DNA from: Diplonema japonicum
Taxonomy: Eukaryota > Protista > Euglenozoa: Diplonemea
Direction: 5' to 3'
Assembly (NCBI GenBank): GCA_964019335.1
Contig: OZ025739.1
Location: forward strand, 310,001-374,000
Length of the DNA: 64,000 bases
Under the pieces are notes generated by a model that did no database searches, had not been told where the DNA came from, and saw only the letters and a program-made list of their open reading frames with translations. This document shows, piece after piece, positions 1 to 9,705 of this stretch; the first letter of the stretch is position 1, and every line of letters begins with the position of its first letter. Position numbers and translations under genes: made by a program.

Positions 1-638
1 TTTTTTTTAGGGCTTTTCCTTTTAAAGATTTGGCTGCGTTTTCGTGAATTCCGAAGGAAAAAAAAAGAAAAAAAAAAGAAGGCGTGGGGAGAGGGAACCA
101 TCTAGCCCTTGGTGCCCTTTATAAAGAAAAAAAAAAAAGAACACCCTCCTTTTTTGTTTTTCTTTCGTGTTCCATTTTGTTCTCTACCCATAACGTGACG
201 TAAGGGCGAAGCCTTTAGTGTCACGTAGGAGAAAAGAGAAAAAAAAAAATTTTTTTTTTGCTATCGTTTTCCTTGGAACGGGGGGAGGGAGGTCAAAATA
301 CCCTGGATAGCTTGGCTTTACTGGGGGGGGAAAAATGGCTATTGATCCACTCGTTGGACTAGAAGAAGGCCTTTTTTATTTTCTTTTGACCGATACCCAT
401 CATTGTTTTTGTTTTTTTTTTTTTTTTTTTTTTTTGCCCTCCTCCTATCCAGCAATTTATCCCCCCTTTTTTCCCCCCCTTCATTTTTTTTTTTTTCTCC
501 TTTTTTTTTCACATTCACATTTCCGTTGTTTTGCTCCCCTCGTTTTCACACCGTCCTCCAAACTGGGAGGAGGGGAAAAGAAAGAAGAGAAAAAAAAAAA
601 AAGAAAAAAAAAGAAGGCGGGGTGGAAAAAAAAAAAAA

Positions 639-1793
639 ATGTCAGCAGTTTCACGAAAAAGGGCATGGGTGAAGGGATGGAGGAAAAGAAGTATTAAAAG
701 GGATGTGAACAAGGCAAAGGGTTCGGTCTTGAGGATGTTACAAGGCGGGGAGGCAGCAAGAAGCAAAGACCTGCTGAGCGACCTGACCACGCTGCTGCAA
801 GGCGAAGATACCAATGTAAAAGAAGAGTTCAGCAAAAAAATCTGGAATATCGAACCGCTTACAACAATGGAAGAGAATTACGTGCAGAGAAGAACAAAAG
901 GTGCCATCAAAACCCACGCCATAGCAGGCTCACGGGTCATCACATGTGTAACACCTCTGACGAAAGGAGAAATAGTATTCAAAGAATCCACACCATTATT
1001 CGGGCCAAACATACGACACTGCACAGCATGTGACGCTCCGACCACCTCTGTGAGCTGCGGTAAGTGTGGATCATGGTTCTGTTCTGCAGCATGCCGTGAC
1101 GCGTCCTCCTTTGTACATAAACTAGAATGTAGAATGCTTACGAGCGCCGCCTTCAAGTCACTCTCTGTGTCTTATCAAAGAGGTGCGTACGGGTTACACA
1201 GCAGCCTTCACGTTCCTGTGCAAGGAAGGTTCCTTCACCGCAACACCAATGTGAAGCTGTTCAGAAAGATGATGCTGCTTATCGCGAGGTGTATCAGCAT
1301 CGCCCAGCACAGCCCCGACCGTTTCACCGATCCCACAAACCTTCCCATGGTATCAATGCTGCCTTATGTCCCTATTCCTACCGCTGTCGATGTCATGCCA
1401 CTTCCTAATCTTAACCCGCCTATTGAGCTTGGTATGCTGTTTCACCTCATGCGGACCACAGCTGATATTCTCGGTACGGGTCCGGCTTCTGTGAATGCTC
1501 TGTGGAGCACGCACAGAGCGGCTCTTTGGGGCCTCTGGGAGGCGCTTCTTCACAACCATCAAAATGGTTCCCTCTTTCCCGTCGCGTCTCTCATCCCGCA
1601 TTCTGCGAACCCGACTGTTTCCAGGTACTTCCCCTCCGCTTCGCTTTGCTATGTTGTTGCTGAAACCGACTTGCCTCCTGGTTCGCAGATTACCACGTCG
1701 TACGTACCGCTTGGCACCCCCGAGGCCCTGCGTGCCCAGCTGCTTCGCAAAGGATGGGGTATCTATGAGGATGTGGGTGCGGGGCATTTGTAA
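639..1793 (+). CDS. SET and MYND domain (SMYD-like) protein with divergent catalytic motifs
   Basis: ATG at 639 follows a poly(A) run. MYND finger CTACDAPTTSVSCGKCGSWFCSAACR...HKLEC. SET motifs SLFPVASLIPHSANP and ETDLPPGSQITTSYV. No post-SET cysteines before the stop. Confidence 0.8.
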   Translation: MSAVSRKRAWVKGWRKRSIKRDVNKAKGSVLRMLQGGEAARSKDLLSDLTTLLQGEDTNVKEEFSKKIWNIEPLTTMEENYVQRRTKGAIKTHAIAGSRVITCVTPLTKGEIVFKESTPLFGPNIRHCTACDAPTTSVSCGKCGSWFCSAACRDASSFVHKLECRMLTSAAFKSLSVSYQRGAYGLHSSLHVPVQGRFLHRNTNVKLFRKMMLLIARCISIAQHSPDRFTDPTNLPMVSMLPYVPIPTAVDVMPLPNLNPPIELGMLFHLMRTTADILGTGPASVNALWSTHRAALWGLWEALLHNHQNGSLFPVASLIPHSANPTVSRYFPSASLCYVVAETDLPPGSQITTSYVPLGTPEALRAQLLRKGWGIYEDVGAGHL

Positions 1794-1849
1794 CCTTAAA
1801 AAAAAGGATGTTGAATATTTTATTGATGGGAACTCACACCACAAGAGGC

Positions 1850-1865
1850 TGTCCTCAAGTGGGAT
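1850..1865 (+). repeat. Dispersed repeat core (motif D); second copy at 8640-8655
   Basis: Identical TGTCCTCAAGTGGGAT, with weaker similarity extending upstream to a shared GATGG. Confidence 0.75.
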
Positions 1866-1969
1866 TGTCTTTTACTATGAGTTTATTTTTTGGTAAGCAT
1901 TATTATTTTTTTGGCCGTGAGCTGGGGGGGGGGGGGAGTAAAATTGAAATTGGATCATCCACAGGTGGA

Positions 1970-4900
1970 ATGCGTGTGCTGGTGGTGGTGTTTCTAGCAT
2001 ACGGGTGTGAGGCTGTGGTGAACTGTGCTGGGGACTGCAACGTGGACTGCGGTAGTGAGAACTGTGATGTAATAAACTGTGCTAGTAGCGGGAAGTGCAT
2101 TATTACGTGCTCGCAGAATGGCCAGTGTGTGAACACGATTGTGAACTGTCCGGCAAGTGCGATTTGCGATATCTCGTGCACTAAAAGCAAGTCCTGCACT
2201 GGAATTCAGGTCAAGCAGGCAGGTTCGTCAACGGGGGACCTTACTTTGCGTTGCTCCAAATCCAAGGCATGCGAGAGTGCCGCCGTAACTTGCCCCGACT
2301 CGGCCACTTGTGACGTGGCTTGTAGTGCGTCGAAAGCATGCGATGGCCTGACTCAGACAGGTGCCGTGTCCGCCACTGCCAGTGCGAGTTGTAGTTCATC
2401 AAATGGGTGCAACGGAATCTCCTTCAAGTGTGCTGCTAATGGGAACTGCGAATTAACGGTCCCAGACCTGTCCGCAGGCAGTGCGATCACTGACTTCACG
2501 TGCGCTGCATCCGCCACGTGCACCGTGGTTTGTCTGGACGGTGGTACGTGCAGCTCTCTCGTCACTATTGCAGCCGTTCCTCCTACCACAGCACCTGCTA
2601 CCACAGCACCTGCCACCACAGCACCTGCAACTACAGCACCTGCTACCACAGCACCCGCAACTACAGCACCCTCCACCACAGCACCTGCAACTACGGCACC
2701 CGCAACTACAGCACCCGCCACTACAGCACCTGCAACTACAGCACCTGCTACCACAGCACCTGCAACTACAGCACCCGCCACCACAGCACCTGCCACTACA
2801 GCACCTGCCACTACAGCACCCTCCACCACAGCACCTGCAACTACGGCACCCGCAACTACAGCACCCGCCACTACAGCACCTGCAACTACAGCACCTGCTA
2901 CCACAGCACCTGCAACTACAGCACCTGCCACCACAGCACCTGCCACTACGGCACCTGCTACCACAGCACCTGCAACTACGGCACCTGCTACCACAGCACC
3001 CACTACAGCACCTTCAACCACAGCACCCGCCACCACAGCACCTGCCACTACGGCACCTGCTACCACAGCACCCGCAACTACAGCACCTGCCACTACAGCA
3101 CCTGCAACTACGGCACCTGCTACCACAGCACCCACTACAGCACCTTCAACCACAGCACCCGCCACTACGGCACCTGCTACCACAGCACCCGCCACCACAA
3201 CACCTGCAACTACGGCACCTGTTACCACAGCACCCGCCACCACAGCACCTGCCACTACAGCACCTGCAACTACGGCACCTGCTACCACAGCACCCACTAC
3301 AGCACCTTCAACCACAGCACCCGCCACCACAGCACCTGCCACTACGGCACCTGTTACCACAGCACCCGCCATCACAGCACCTGCCACTACAGCACCTGCA
3401 ACTACGGCACCTGCTACCACAGCACCCACTACAGCACCTTCAACCACAGCACCCGCCACTACGGCACCTGCTACCACAGCACCCGCAACTACAGCACCTT
3501 CAACCACAGCACCCGCCACCACAGCACCTGCACCTGCAACTACAGCACCTGCTACCACAGCACCTGCAACCACAGCATCTGCTACCACAGCACCTTCAAC
3601 CACGGCACCTTTAACCACAGCGCCTTCAACCACAGCTCCTTCCACTTCAGCGCCTTCAACTACACCAACCACAGCGCCTTCAACCTCTGCACCTAACTCT
3701 GCACATTCTACCACAGCTCCTTCCACTTCAGCACCTTCAACCTCTACACCTACCTCAGAACCCTCAACTTCTGCACCTAACTCTGCACATTCGACCTCAG
3801 CACCTCCAACTTCATCACCTTCAACTTCAGCACCTTCAACCACAGCACCTTCTACCTCTGCATCTTTAACTTCTGCACCTTCCACCTCTGCACCTTCAAC
3901 CTCTGCACCTCCTTCCGCAGCTCCACCAACTCCTGCTCCTTCAACTGCACCTTCTACTCCTGCGCTTCTAACTTCTTCTCCTACCCCCGTTCCTCTAACC
4001 CCAACTCCTGATCCTCTTACACTTGTGCCCCTTGACCCAGCACCCCCAACAAATGCTCCAAGCAACGCACCGTTTACCAAAACACTTTCGACCAACGCAC
4101 CTGCAACAAACTCGTCCGCGACCCTCCAACCAGGCACAACTGATGTAGCACCTCCAATCGCCTCAACCAATGCACCACCCACCAGTACCACCGCGACCTT
4201 CGAACCTGGCACAACTGCTCCCGCACCTGACCTGCACGCGCAAGCCCCGTCAGGAGGTGTTGTGATAGTGGATTCTAAAAGCAAAGTAATCTACATCCCA
4301 GGGAAAAGGGAGGTTATCGTGGACTTCCTTCCAACAGTGAGCTGCACTAATGCCACTGTGGTGCCCAGAAACGATAGTACGGTACTCGTTAAGCTCGACC
4401 CGTTGACAGAGCGCGCTGGGTGTAACAACGGGTACAACATTGTGGCACCTGTGCTGGATTTACAGATCAACAGCCAAGAGTTGAACACAGGAGAAGAGGT
4501 TGTTGTCACGATGCCTGACTGGGGCCTTACACGAAAGTCTGGGCTGAGGTACGCTTGTTATGTTGACGGGCTGTTGTGGGAGTTTGATAACAGGGTGGTG
4601 ACAGTAGATATTTTGGCAAGGGGGCTGCGCATATTGACTATGGTTGTTGTGGACTTAAAGGGGAAGTGGGTATGGGCTGCTGCCGTTCCTGTCAAGGTGC
4701 TCTTGGTGCACAACACAGACGTCATCAACAACGTGGCGTCCAACACGACTGAGCGAGTACAAAAGGACCCTACTGCCAACAAGATATCAATGGCCCTCAG
4801 CCTTATCGAAGAAATGGCGTCTTTCAGAGTGGCTGGCACGGAGACCGCTATTGTCAGCAACACCATGCTCCTGCTTGCCATGTTGAAATTCAAGAAGAGC

Positions 4901-7432
4901 CCCATGTCCACCGTTCTTGGATTGCAGAGCATCAGTGCTGACATGTTTGCCAGCAACGCAGAGATAAAGCAGAATTCCAGCCTATTCTCGCTGTCTTCCA
5001 GCAAGGGCAAGACTGCCACGTCCGGAAATGTCAAACTCACGGTAGAAAAGGGCGGTGCAGGGGTTGCCACCTACGATAAAAAGCTTTTCAGGCGCACCAG
5101 CGCAGCAGTTAGCAAAGTGATACAGATTCCCAAGGAACACAGAGGCCAGTGTAAAGTAAGAGTAACTGTGCAGCAGTCACTGCTGCAATGCAAATTGGTC
5201 TATAAGGCGTGGGATTCACGGCGAATGACGTGGGTGGACGGGGGGAACGTGAAGGTGCCCGCTGGGGTGTCAGTGCCAAGCTCAGGACCTGACACGCGGT
5301 GCACAGTGAGGAAAGCATCTTCGCTGCAGGAACAAGTTGTCTCAGTAGAGCTAACAGACGTTGATGACGAGTTATTTGCCTTGTTCATGAGCAACGGGAC
5401 AGGCGACTACGACACGTACTCCGATTCCGAGACGAGCCCCTTTCTTGAATGGAATGGTTTGTTGCTAGCATGGTGCTGTGGTGTATTTGTGGTGTTCGGG
5501 GTGTCGGGTGTCGCAGCTGCCGCGCTTGATAAGCGGCAGGAGAATATCTTCGACATGCGCCACGAGCTCTGTGAAAGCGAGAGAATTGCAGTCACAGAGA
5601 ACGTGTTAAGCATGTCACAGATGCTTGGCGAGGAATTTCCAGGACTGGAAGCACGCCTCGGGCAGTGGGTGAACAGCCCCTCTGCTTCGTTCGGCAAGGA
5701 GAGCAACGCTTCGAAGAACACGTCGATAAGCAGCTCTGCCACCTTAAACAAGATCTGCCTGTCAGTTGACCAGTCACCGCAGCCATGCTCTCCGAATGAG
5801 CAGCTCAGTTTAACAAGTGAGTTCGATAGCCCCGTAGCCACTACACCACCTTGGTGGAAGTACCATCGTTGGGGTGCTCTATTCTTCAGGATACCTGGCG
5901 ATACTGACCGCCGCTTGCATGATGTGATGTGTCTTGTGCTCTTTGTGGAGATCCTTACCCTGCTCTGTACGGCTTGCGAGTTCCTTGACGTTACAGGTCC
6001 TGCCTCGGCTGTGGCTAACACTATCCTTGCCACGGCACTCTCACGCACTGTGCGCACCACCCTTCACCGTTCCTTCCTTCGCAGGAACGTGTGGAAATTC
6101 TGCAACTCTGCGTCGCACAGCTCTCGCCCCCAATGCGGTCTTTTGAACGTCACGTTGACCGACGTGTCCGGCCGTCTCGATGGCACACCTTATCTGAAGC
6201 TTGTTTTGGAGGACAAACAGTGGGATTCAAACATCTTGTGGAACTACACAAAATGCAACAGCGAAAGAATCACGTTCCCCGTGAAGGAACCAGAAGGGGT
6301 GCTGAGCATTGCGCTGGATGATAAAAACAGACACTCTGAAAAGAGCAAGTGCACAGTACCCCTCAGCGACATCCAACGAGACCTGTGCCACGAAAGGGTG
6401 TTCGAGCTGAGGAACAGCGACGGGCCTTTGAGAGTGAAAATGCTGTTGGGGTACACAGGGGTCCGAGTATCGGGTGAACAACGAACTCCCCCAAAACTAT
6501 GCCCTGTTGACGCGAAGCAGAACATGGCGGGGATCGCTGTCGTAGCTTTCCTAGTATGCATGGCGGGCGCGTGTCTGTACTGGGAATTTGGAATGATCGT
6601 TGCTGCGCCAACAGGGGTGTTGGTGGTGTTGCTCGCCTGTGTCCCGCATGGTGTTGTCCTCACCCTTCTGGTAGGATGCGTCGCAGGCGGGCTTGTGGCA
6701 ATCTGCAGTGACCTTAAATACTTAGCTGCAATGGTACCAACAGCCATCGCAGTGGGATGGGCAGATGCCATCTTACATCTACTTGGGTTCAACACAGGGC
6801 TAGCTGCGTATGGAACGGCACTGATGCTCTTGACAATTGGTGTGGGCCTCGACGCAAGCATGACCCCGCTGTGGGTAACAGCATGCACTGCACTGACAGG
6901 GTCTATCATGCTGTGCAGCTACCTTGGTGCCCGGCACGCTGTGAGTGCTTATCACATTGCAGGGGCCAACGCGGTAGTGTGGTGTGTACAGACAATCTTC
7001 AGCCTGCGGTACTATCGTGAAACTCACAATGGAGGTTCTGGTCAGGCTGTTGTGCTGCCTGTGTGTCTTGCCTCTGGTATCGTTGGGGGCATTGCTTGTG
7101 CGCAGTGCTTTGCAGAAGGTACCATCCATAGGCTCTCCTACCCCGTCTCTGTGGGTACTGGTGTGAGTTGCGCTGTTGGTTTATTGGGGGTTGTCATGCT
7201 GGGTATGGTCTTCACCGCTTCGTGGTCTGCTTCTGCGACGCAATACGTGATCAGCTTGCTCCTTGCTGGTGTGGGTGTTGATGTGTTTGGGGTATCCTTC
7301 TTGGCGCTGGGCTGCACTCACCCTGGCGTAGCGGGCCAGCGTTCTCAGGTGTCCTCCGTTGTAGGGATCAAGGGGCTGAGAACGATTGCAGAAATTATTT
7401 CTGAAAAGAATACTACCGGCCCGGAAGGATGA
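1970..7432 (+). CDS. Large surface membrane protein: signal peptide, Cys-rich repeats, PATTA mucin stalk, polycystin-like TM region, C2 domain, multi-TM C-terminus
   Basis: Signal peptide MRVLVVVFLAYGCEA; about 190 aa Cys-rich region; (PATTA)n stalk. YHRWGALFFRIPGDTDRRLHDVMCL resembles the polycystin-1-like HxWxxxF...R motif. C2-like segment GLLNVTLTDVSGRLDGTPYLKLVLE...LRVKMLLGY. Many hydrophobic helices follow. Confidence 0.75.
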   Translation: MRVLVVVFLAYGCEAVVNCAGDCNVDCGSENCDVINCASSGKCIITCSQNGQCVNTIVNCPASAICDISCTKSKSCTGIQVKQAGSSTGDLTLRCSKSKACESAAVTCPDSATCDVACSASKACDGLTQTGAVSATASASCSSSNGCNGISFKCAANGNCELTVPDLSAGSAITDFTCAASATCTVVCLDGGTCSSLVTIAAVPPTTAPATTAPATTAPATTAPATTAPATTAPSTTAPATTAPATTAPATTAPATTAPATTAPATTAPATTAPATTAPATTAPSTTAPATTAPATTAPATTAPATTAPATTAPATTAPATTAPATTAPATTAPATTAPATTAPTTAPSTTAPATTAPATTAPATTAPATTAPATTAPATTAPATTAPTTAPSTTAPATTAPATTAPATTTPATTAPVTTAPATTAPATTAPATTAPATTAPTTAPSTTAPATTAPATTAPVTTAPAITAPATTAPATTAPATTAPTTAPSTTAPATTAPATTAPATTAPSTTAPATTAPAPATTAPATTAPATTASATTAPSTTAPLTTAPSTTAPSTSAPSTTPTTAPSTSAPNSAHSTTAPSTSAPSTSTPTSEPSTSAPNSAHSTSAPPTSSPSTSAPSTTAPSTSASLTSAPSTSAPSTSAPPSAAPPTPAPSTAPSTPALLTSSPTPVPLTPTPDPLTLVPLDPAPPTNAPSNAPFTKTLSTNAPATNSSATLQPGTTDVAPPIASTNAPPTSTTATFEPGTTAPAPDLHAQAPSGGVVIVDSKSKVIYIPGKREVIVDFLPTVSCTNATVVPRNDSTVLVKLDPLTERAGCNNGYNIVAPVLDLQINSQELNTGEEVVVTMPDWGLTRKSGLRYACYVDGLLWEFDNRVVTVDILARGLRILTMVVVDLKGKWVWAAAVPVKVLLVHNTDVINNVASNTTERVQKDPTANKISMALSLIEEMASFRVAGTETAIVSNTMLLLAMLKFKKSPMSTVLGLQSISADMFASNAEIKQNSSLFSLSSSKGKTATSGNVKLTVEKGGAGVATYDKKLFRRTSAAVSKVIQIPKEHRGQCKVRVTVQQSLLQCKLVYKAWDSRRMTWVDGGNVKVPAGVSVPSSGPDTRCTVRKASSLQEQVVSVELTDVDDELFALFMSNGTGDYDTYSDSETSPFLEWNGLLLAWCCGVFVVFGVSGVAAAALDKRQENIFDMRHELCESERIAVTENVLSMSQMLGEEFPGLEARLGQWVNSPSASFGKESNASKNTSISSSATLNKICLSVDQSPQPCSPNEQLSLTSEFDSPVATTPPWWKYHRWGALFFRIPGDTDRRLHDVMCLVLFVEILTLLCTACEFLDVTGPASAVANTILATALSRTVRTTLHRSFLRRNVWKFCNSASHSSRPQCGLLNVTLTDVSGRLDGTPYLKLVLEDKQWDSNILWNYTKCNSERITFPVKEPEGVLSIALDDKNRHSEKSKCTVPLSDIQRDLCHERVFELRNSDGPLRVKMLLGYTGVRVSGEQRTPPKLCPVDAKQNMAGIAVVAFLVCMAGACLYWEFGMIVAAPTGVLVVLLACVPHGVVLTLLVGCVAGGLVAICSDLKYLAAMVPTAIAVGWADAILHLLGFNTGLAAYGTALMLLTIGVGLDASMTPLWVTACTALTGSIMLCSYLGARHAVSAYHIAGANAVVWCVQTIFSLRYYRETHNGGSGQAVVLPVCLASGIVGGIACAQCFAEGTIHRLSYPVSVGTGVSCAVGLLGVVMLGMVFTASWSASATQYVISLLLAGVGVDVFGVSFLALGCTHPGVAGQRSQVSSVVGIKGLRTIAEIISEKNTTGPEG
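2582..3960 (+). repeat. Coding 15-bp tandem repeat (ccTgcHacYacRgca, PATTA), grading into PSTSA variants
   Basis: Directly visible: roughly 65 PATTA-type units up to about 3560, then degenerate PSTSA units. Confidence 0.95.
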
Positions 7433-7483
7433 CAAAATACGTTATAGATATCGCAGCAAAAACGCCCTCCCTCTGACGGCAGC

Positions 7484-7582
7484 TTTTTGCAAGAACGGGT
7501 CTTTTGACTTTTCTAAAAAAAAAAAGGGAGAACGTTGTTTCGGGGTTGACAAACTTCTCCACACAAACAACGGCCAGTTCCT
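7484..7582 (+). repeat. Dispersed bipartite repeat (motif C); second copy at 30356-30417
   Basis: Shared TTTTTGCAAGAACGRGTCTTT(T)GAC block and an identical ACAAACAACGGCCAGTTCCT block. Confidence 0.8.
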
Positions 7583-8113
7583 CTTTTCCCTCACACATTC
7601 TATTCTCTTTTTTTTTTTCTTCCTTTTTAACACCCGTTGTCCTGGTAGTCCTTATGGGTACTGAGTGGCGTGATATTTAGGAGGGTTTTAGAGTTGCATG
7701 TGCTTGTGGGCTTGTGGTTACAGTGAAAACGATTTTATTATTATTTTTTCTTCTTTTTTTTTTTTAGTATCTATCTTTAGTATTTATCAGACTACCTTTT
7801 TTTTTTTAAAGGTGGGGAAAAGAGAAGGTTGAAAAAAAGGGCTGACTTCTCATGCACCACGTGATATTTCTATGTGAGATCAGGATGCGTGGACAAGCCG
7901 ACTGTCTCTCTCTCCCATTCTTTTAGTTTTTTTGCTTTTTTTAAATTTCCGGTGGGCACAAGATACGCCGTGGAAATTTTTTTGGTTTTGCTTTTTTCTT
8001 CTTCTTTTGTTCAACCTGCTGTGTTTAAAAAAAGGATATTACCGGCAATTTGTTTGAATGGGAAGAACTTTGTTGCCTACTATGATTACACACCGCTCCC
8101 CTTTTTTTTTCCC

Positions 8114-8160
<47 letters not shown>

Positions 8161-8697
8161 GAGATTTGACAAAGTAAGGAAGAAGAAAAAATTCTTCCCC
8201 CCCCATAGCAACCAATTTATATCGCCACTTGCAAGAACACTTTTTCTTTTTTTTTTTTTTTCAACCCATGTTACTTTTATTTCACATTGTTCTTGGTGAG
8301 CGTTTAAATAAAACATTCAGCGAACATAAAGGCACATTTATGTCACTACAGGGGGGGGGAATACAAAACTATTCGCGAGAGGGAATTCCCCCCCCCCCCC
8401 CCCCCCCCCGTTTCCAAATCCTGCTTTTTTTAAAAAAAAAGAAGTGATCGTGTCTGGGTTTTTACCTGGCGCCACCGACTGAGTTTACACAATGTCTATT
8501 TTACTGTCTGTTTGTTTTATGTTCTGTTGGGTTTTCCTCTTTTCTTATGTTTTACCAAAGTAGGTTTGAGGTTTTCCCCTCCCCCCCCTTTTTTTCTAGG
8601 GAGCATCAAAAGATGGACCCCCCCGTCCCCCCGAAGGGTTGTCCTCAAGTGGGATATGCCCCTTAAAACATCGCTTTGTTGTTGCTCTTCTTTTTTT

Positions 8698-9587
8698 ACA
8701 ATGACACGGTCGGGGGGCGGACGAAGTGCATGGGATGCGACGCTACTTTCGACGTTTCGCAACATACGTCAAGGCTCCTGGAGCACACCCTCTGGGACTG
8801 TCAGGCACACGAGCACATCAGGACAGCATCCGAGAAGCGGGCGGCACTATGCGCACAACGTAACCAGTGGCCCCGGTGCACACAACTGCATGGCATTGCG
8901 ACGGGGGGACTGCTGGAAACAGCTGAGTTACGGCGGAGATTACTGGCAACTTGCAACTCGCCTTTGCACGAAAGAAGACAGTGGACTTCAGTGTTCACTT
9001 GTGGAACAGGCCCTTCGAGAAGGGGTGTTTGCTCAAGCCGCGGTCACTGAGGTGGTACTACGACAACGGTTTGAGGCAGCAGTACCTCCCGCGGCTGTTC
9101 CCGCACGTCATCCGATGGCTCTCGGCCCTTCACTGGGGCACAACAGGTGGACAGGTCTCCAGGCTTGAGCTGGCCGTGGACTTCATTGCCACAGTGGGAC
9201 TCTCGACATCCAGGAGAGCGCGCGTGTCATAGGCTGGGTGATAGCGGCACTAGAACGCATCCACACCAATAAGCGCATAGCGCCCCTCATTCCAGCTGCT
9301 TCGGTAGATTCTGTCCACTCCCTACGCACGTTGGGTTACTACAACGGCTCCATAAGGGGCTACTCCTCTAGGCCGGTATTCGCCTCCCCGGCGACCCGCC
9401 ACATCCTTGAGAAACAACTGTACAACTATTGTGTCCTTACCAACTCGGTTGAGGGTTTTATACCTAAGGTACCGAGGAGGGTGAACGAGGGGCCGAAGGC
9501 CACACCACAGCAGAAAGGTTCGATCAAGAGATAGATTGAGACTCTTCAGGCGTCCTGCCACATACCGCAGGTTCCCTTAAATGTCTC
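8698..9587 (+). mobile_element. Decayed, 5'-truncated non-LTR retrotransposon fragment (CCHC knuckle, C-terminal domain, 3' tail)
   Basis: CMGC...LLEHTLWDC resembles the LINE C-terminal CCHC motif. Coding is split across several frames (8676, 8512, 8951, 9238 ORFs). Homologous to the 53976-54554 ORF. Ends CCTTAAATGTCTC followed by a T-run. Confidence 0.65.
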
Positions 9588-9705
9588 CTTTTCTTTTTTT
9601 TTTTTTTTTTTCTTTTTTTCTTTTTTACATTCATATCGTGGGGGGGGGGGGGGGGGCTTTACAAATTTAGTTTTAAGCAATGAAATAAAATAAAAACACG
9701 AAACA

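Noticed and set aside
2582-3600. Regular repeat array that might be mistaken for CRISPR
   Set aside because: It has contiguous in-frame tandem units with no unique spacers, inside a eukaryotic CDS.
2353-4284. 643-aa minus-strand ORF (GAVVA repeats) and the alternative-frame ORFs at 2481 and 2500
   Set aside because: These are shadows of the stop-free 15-bp PATTA coding repeat.
1850-8655. 16-bp target-site duplication around a 6.8-kb mobile insertion carrying the mucin gene
   Set aside because: Degenerate similarity extends upstream of both 16-mers and there is no transposase or RT inside, so a dispersed repeat is more parsimonious. Not fully excluded.
9548-9587. Motif A as an HDV-like ribozyme, ingi/L1Tc 5' signature or R2-type TTAAGG target site
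   Set aside because: It lies at the element's 3' end, is too short for the nested pseudoknot, and there is no rDNA context.
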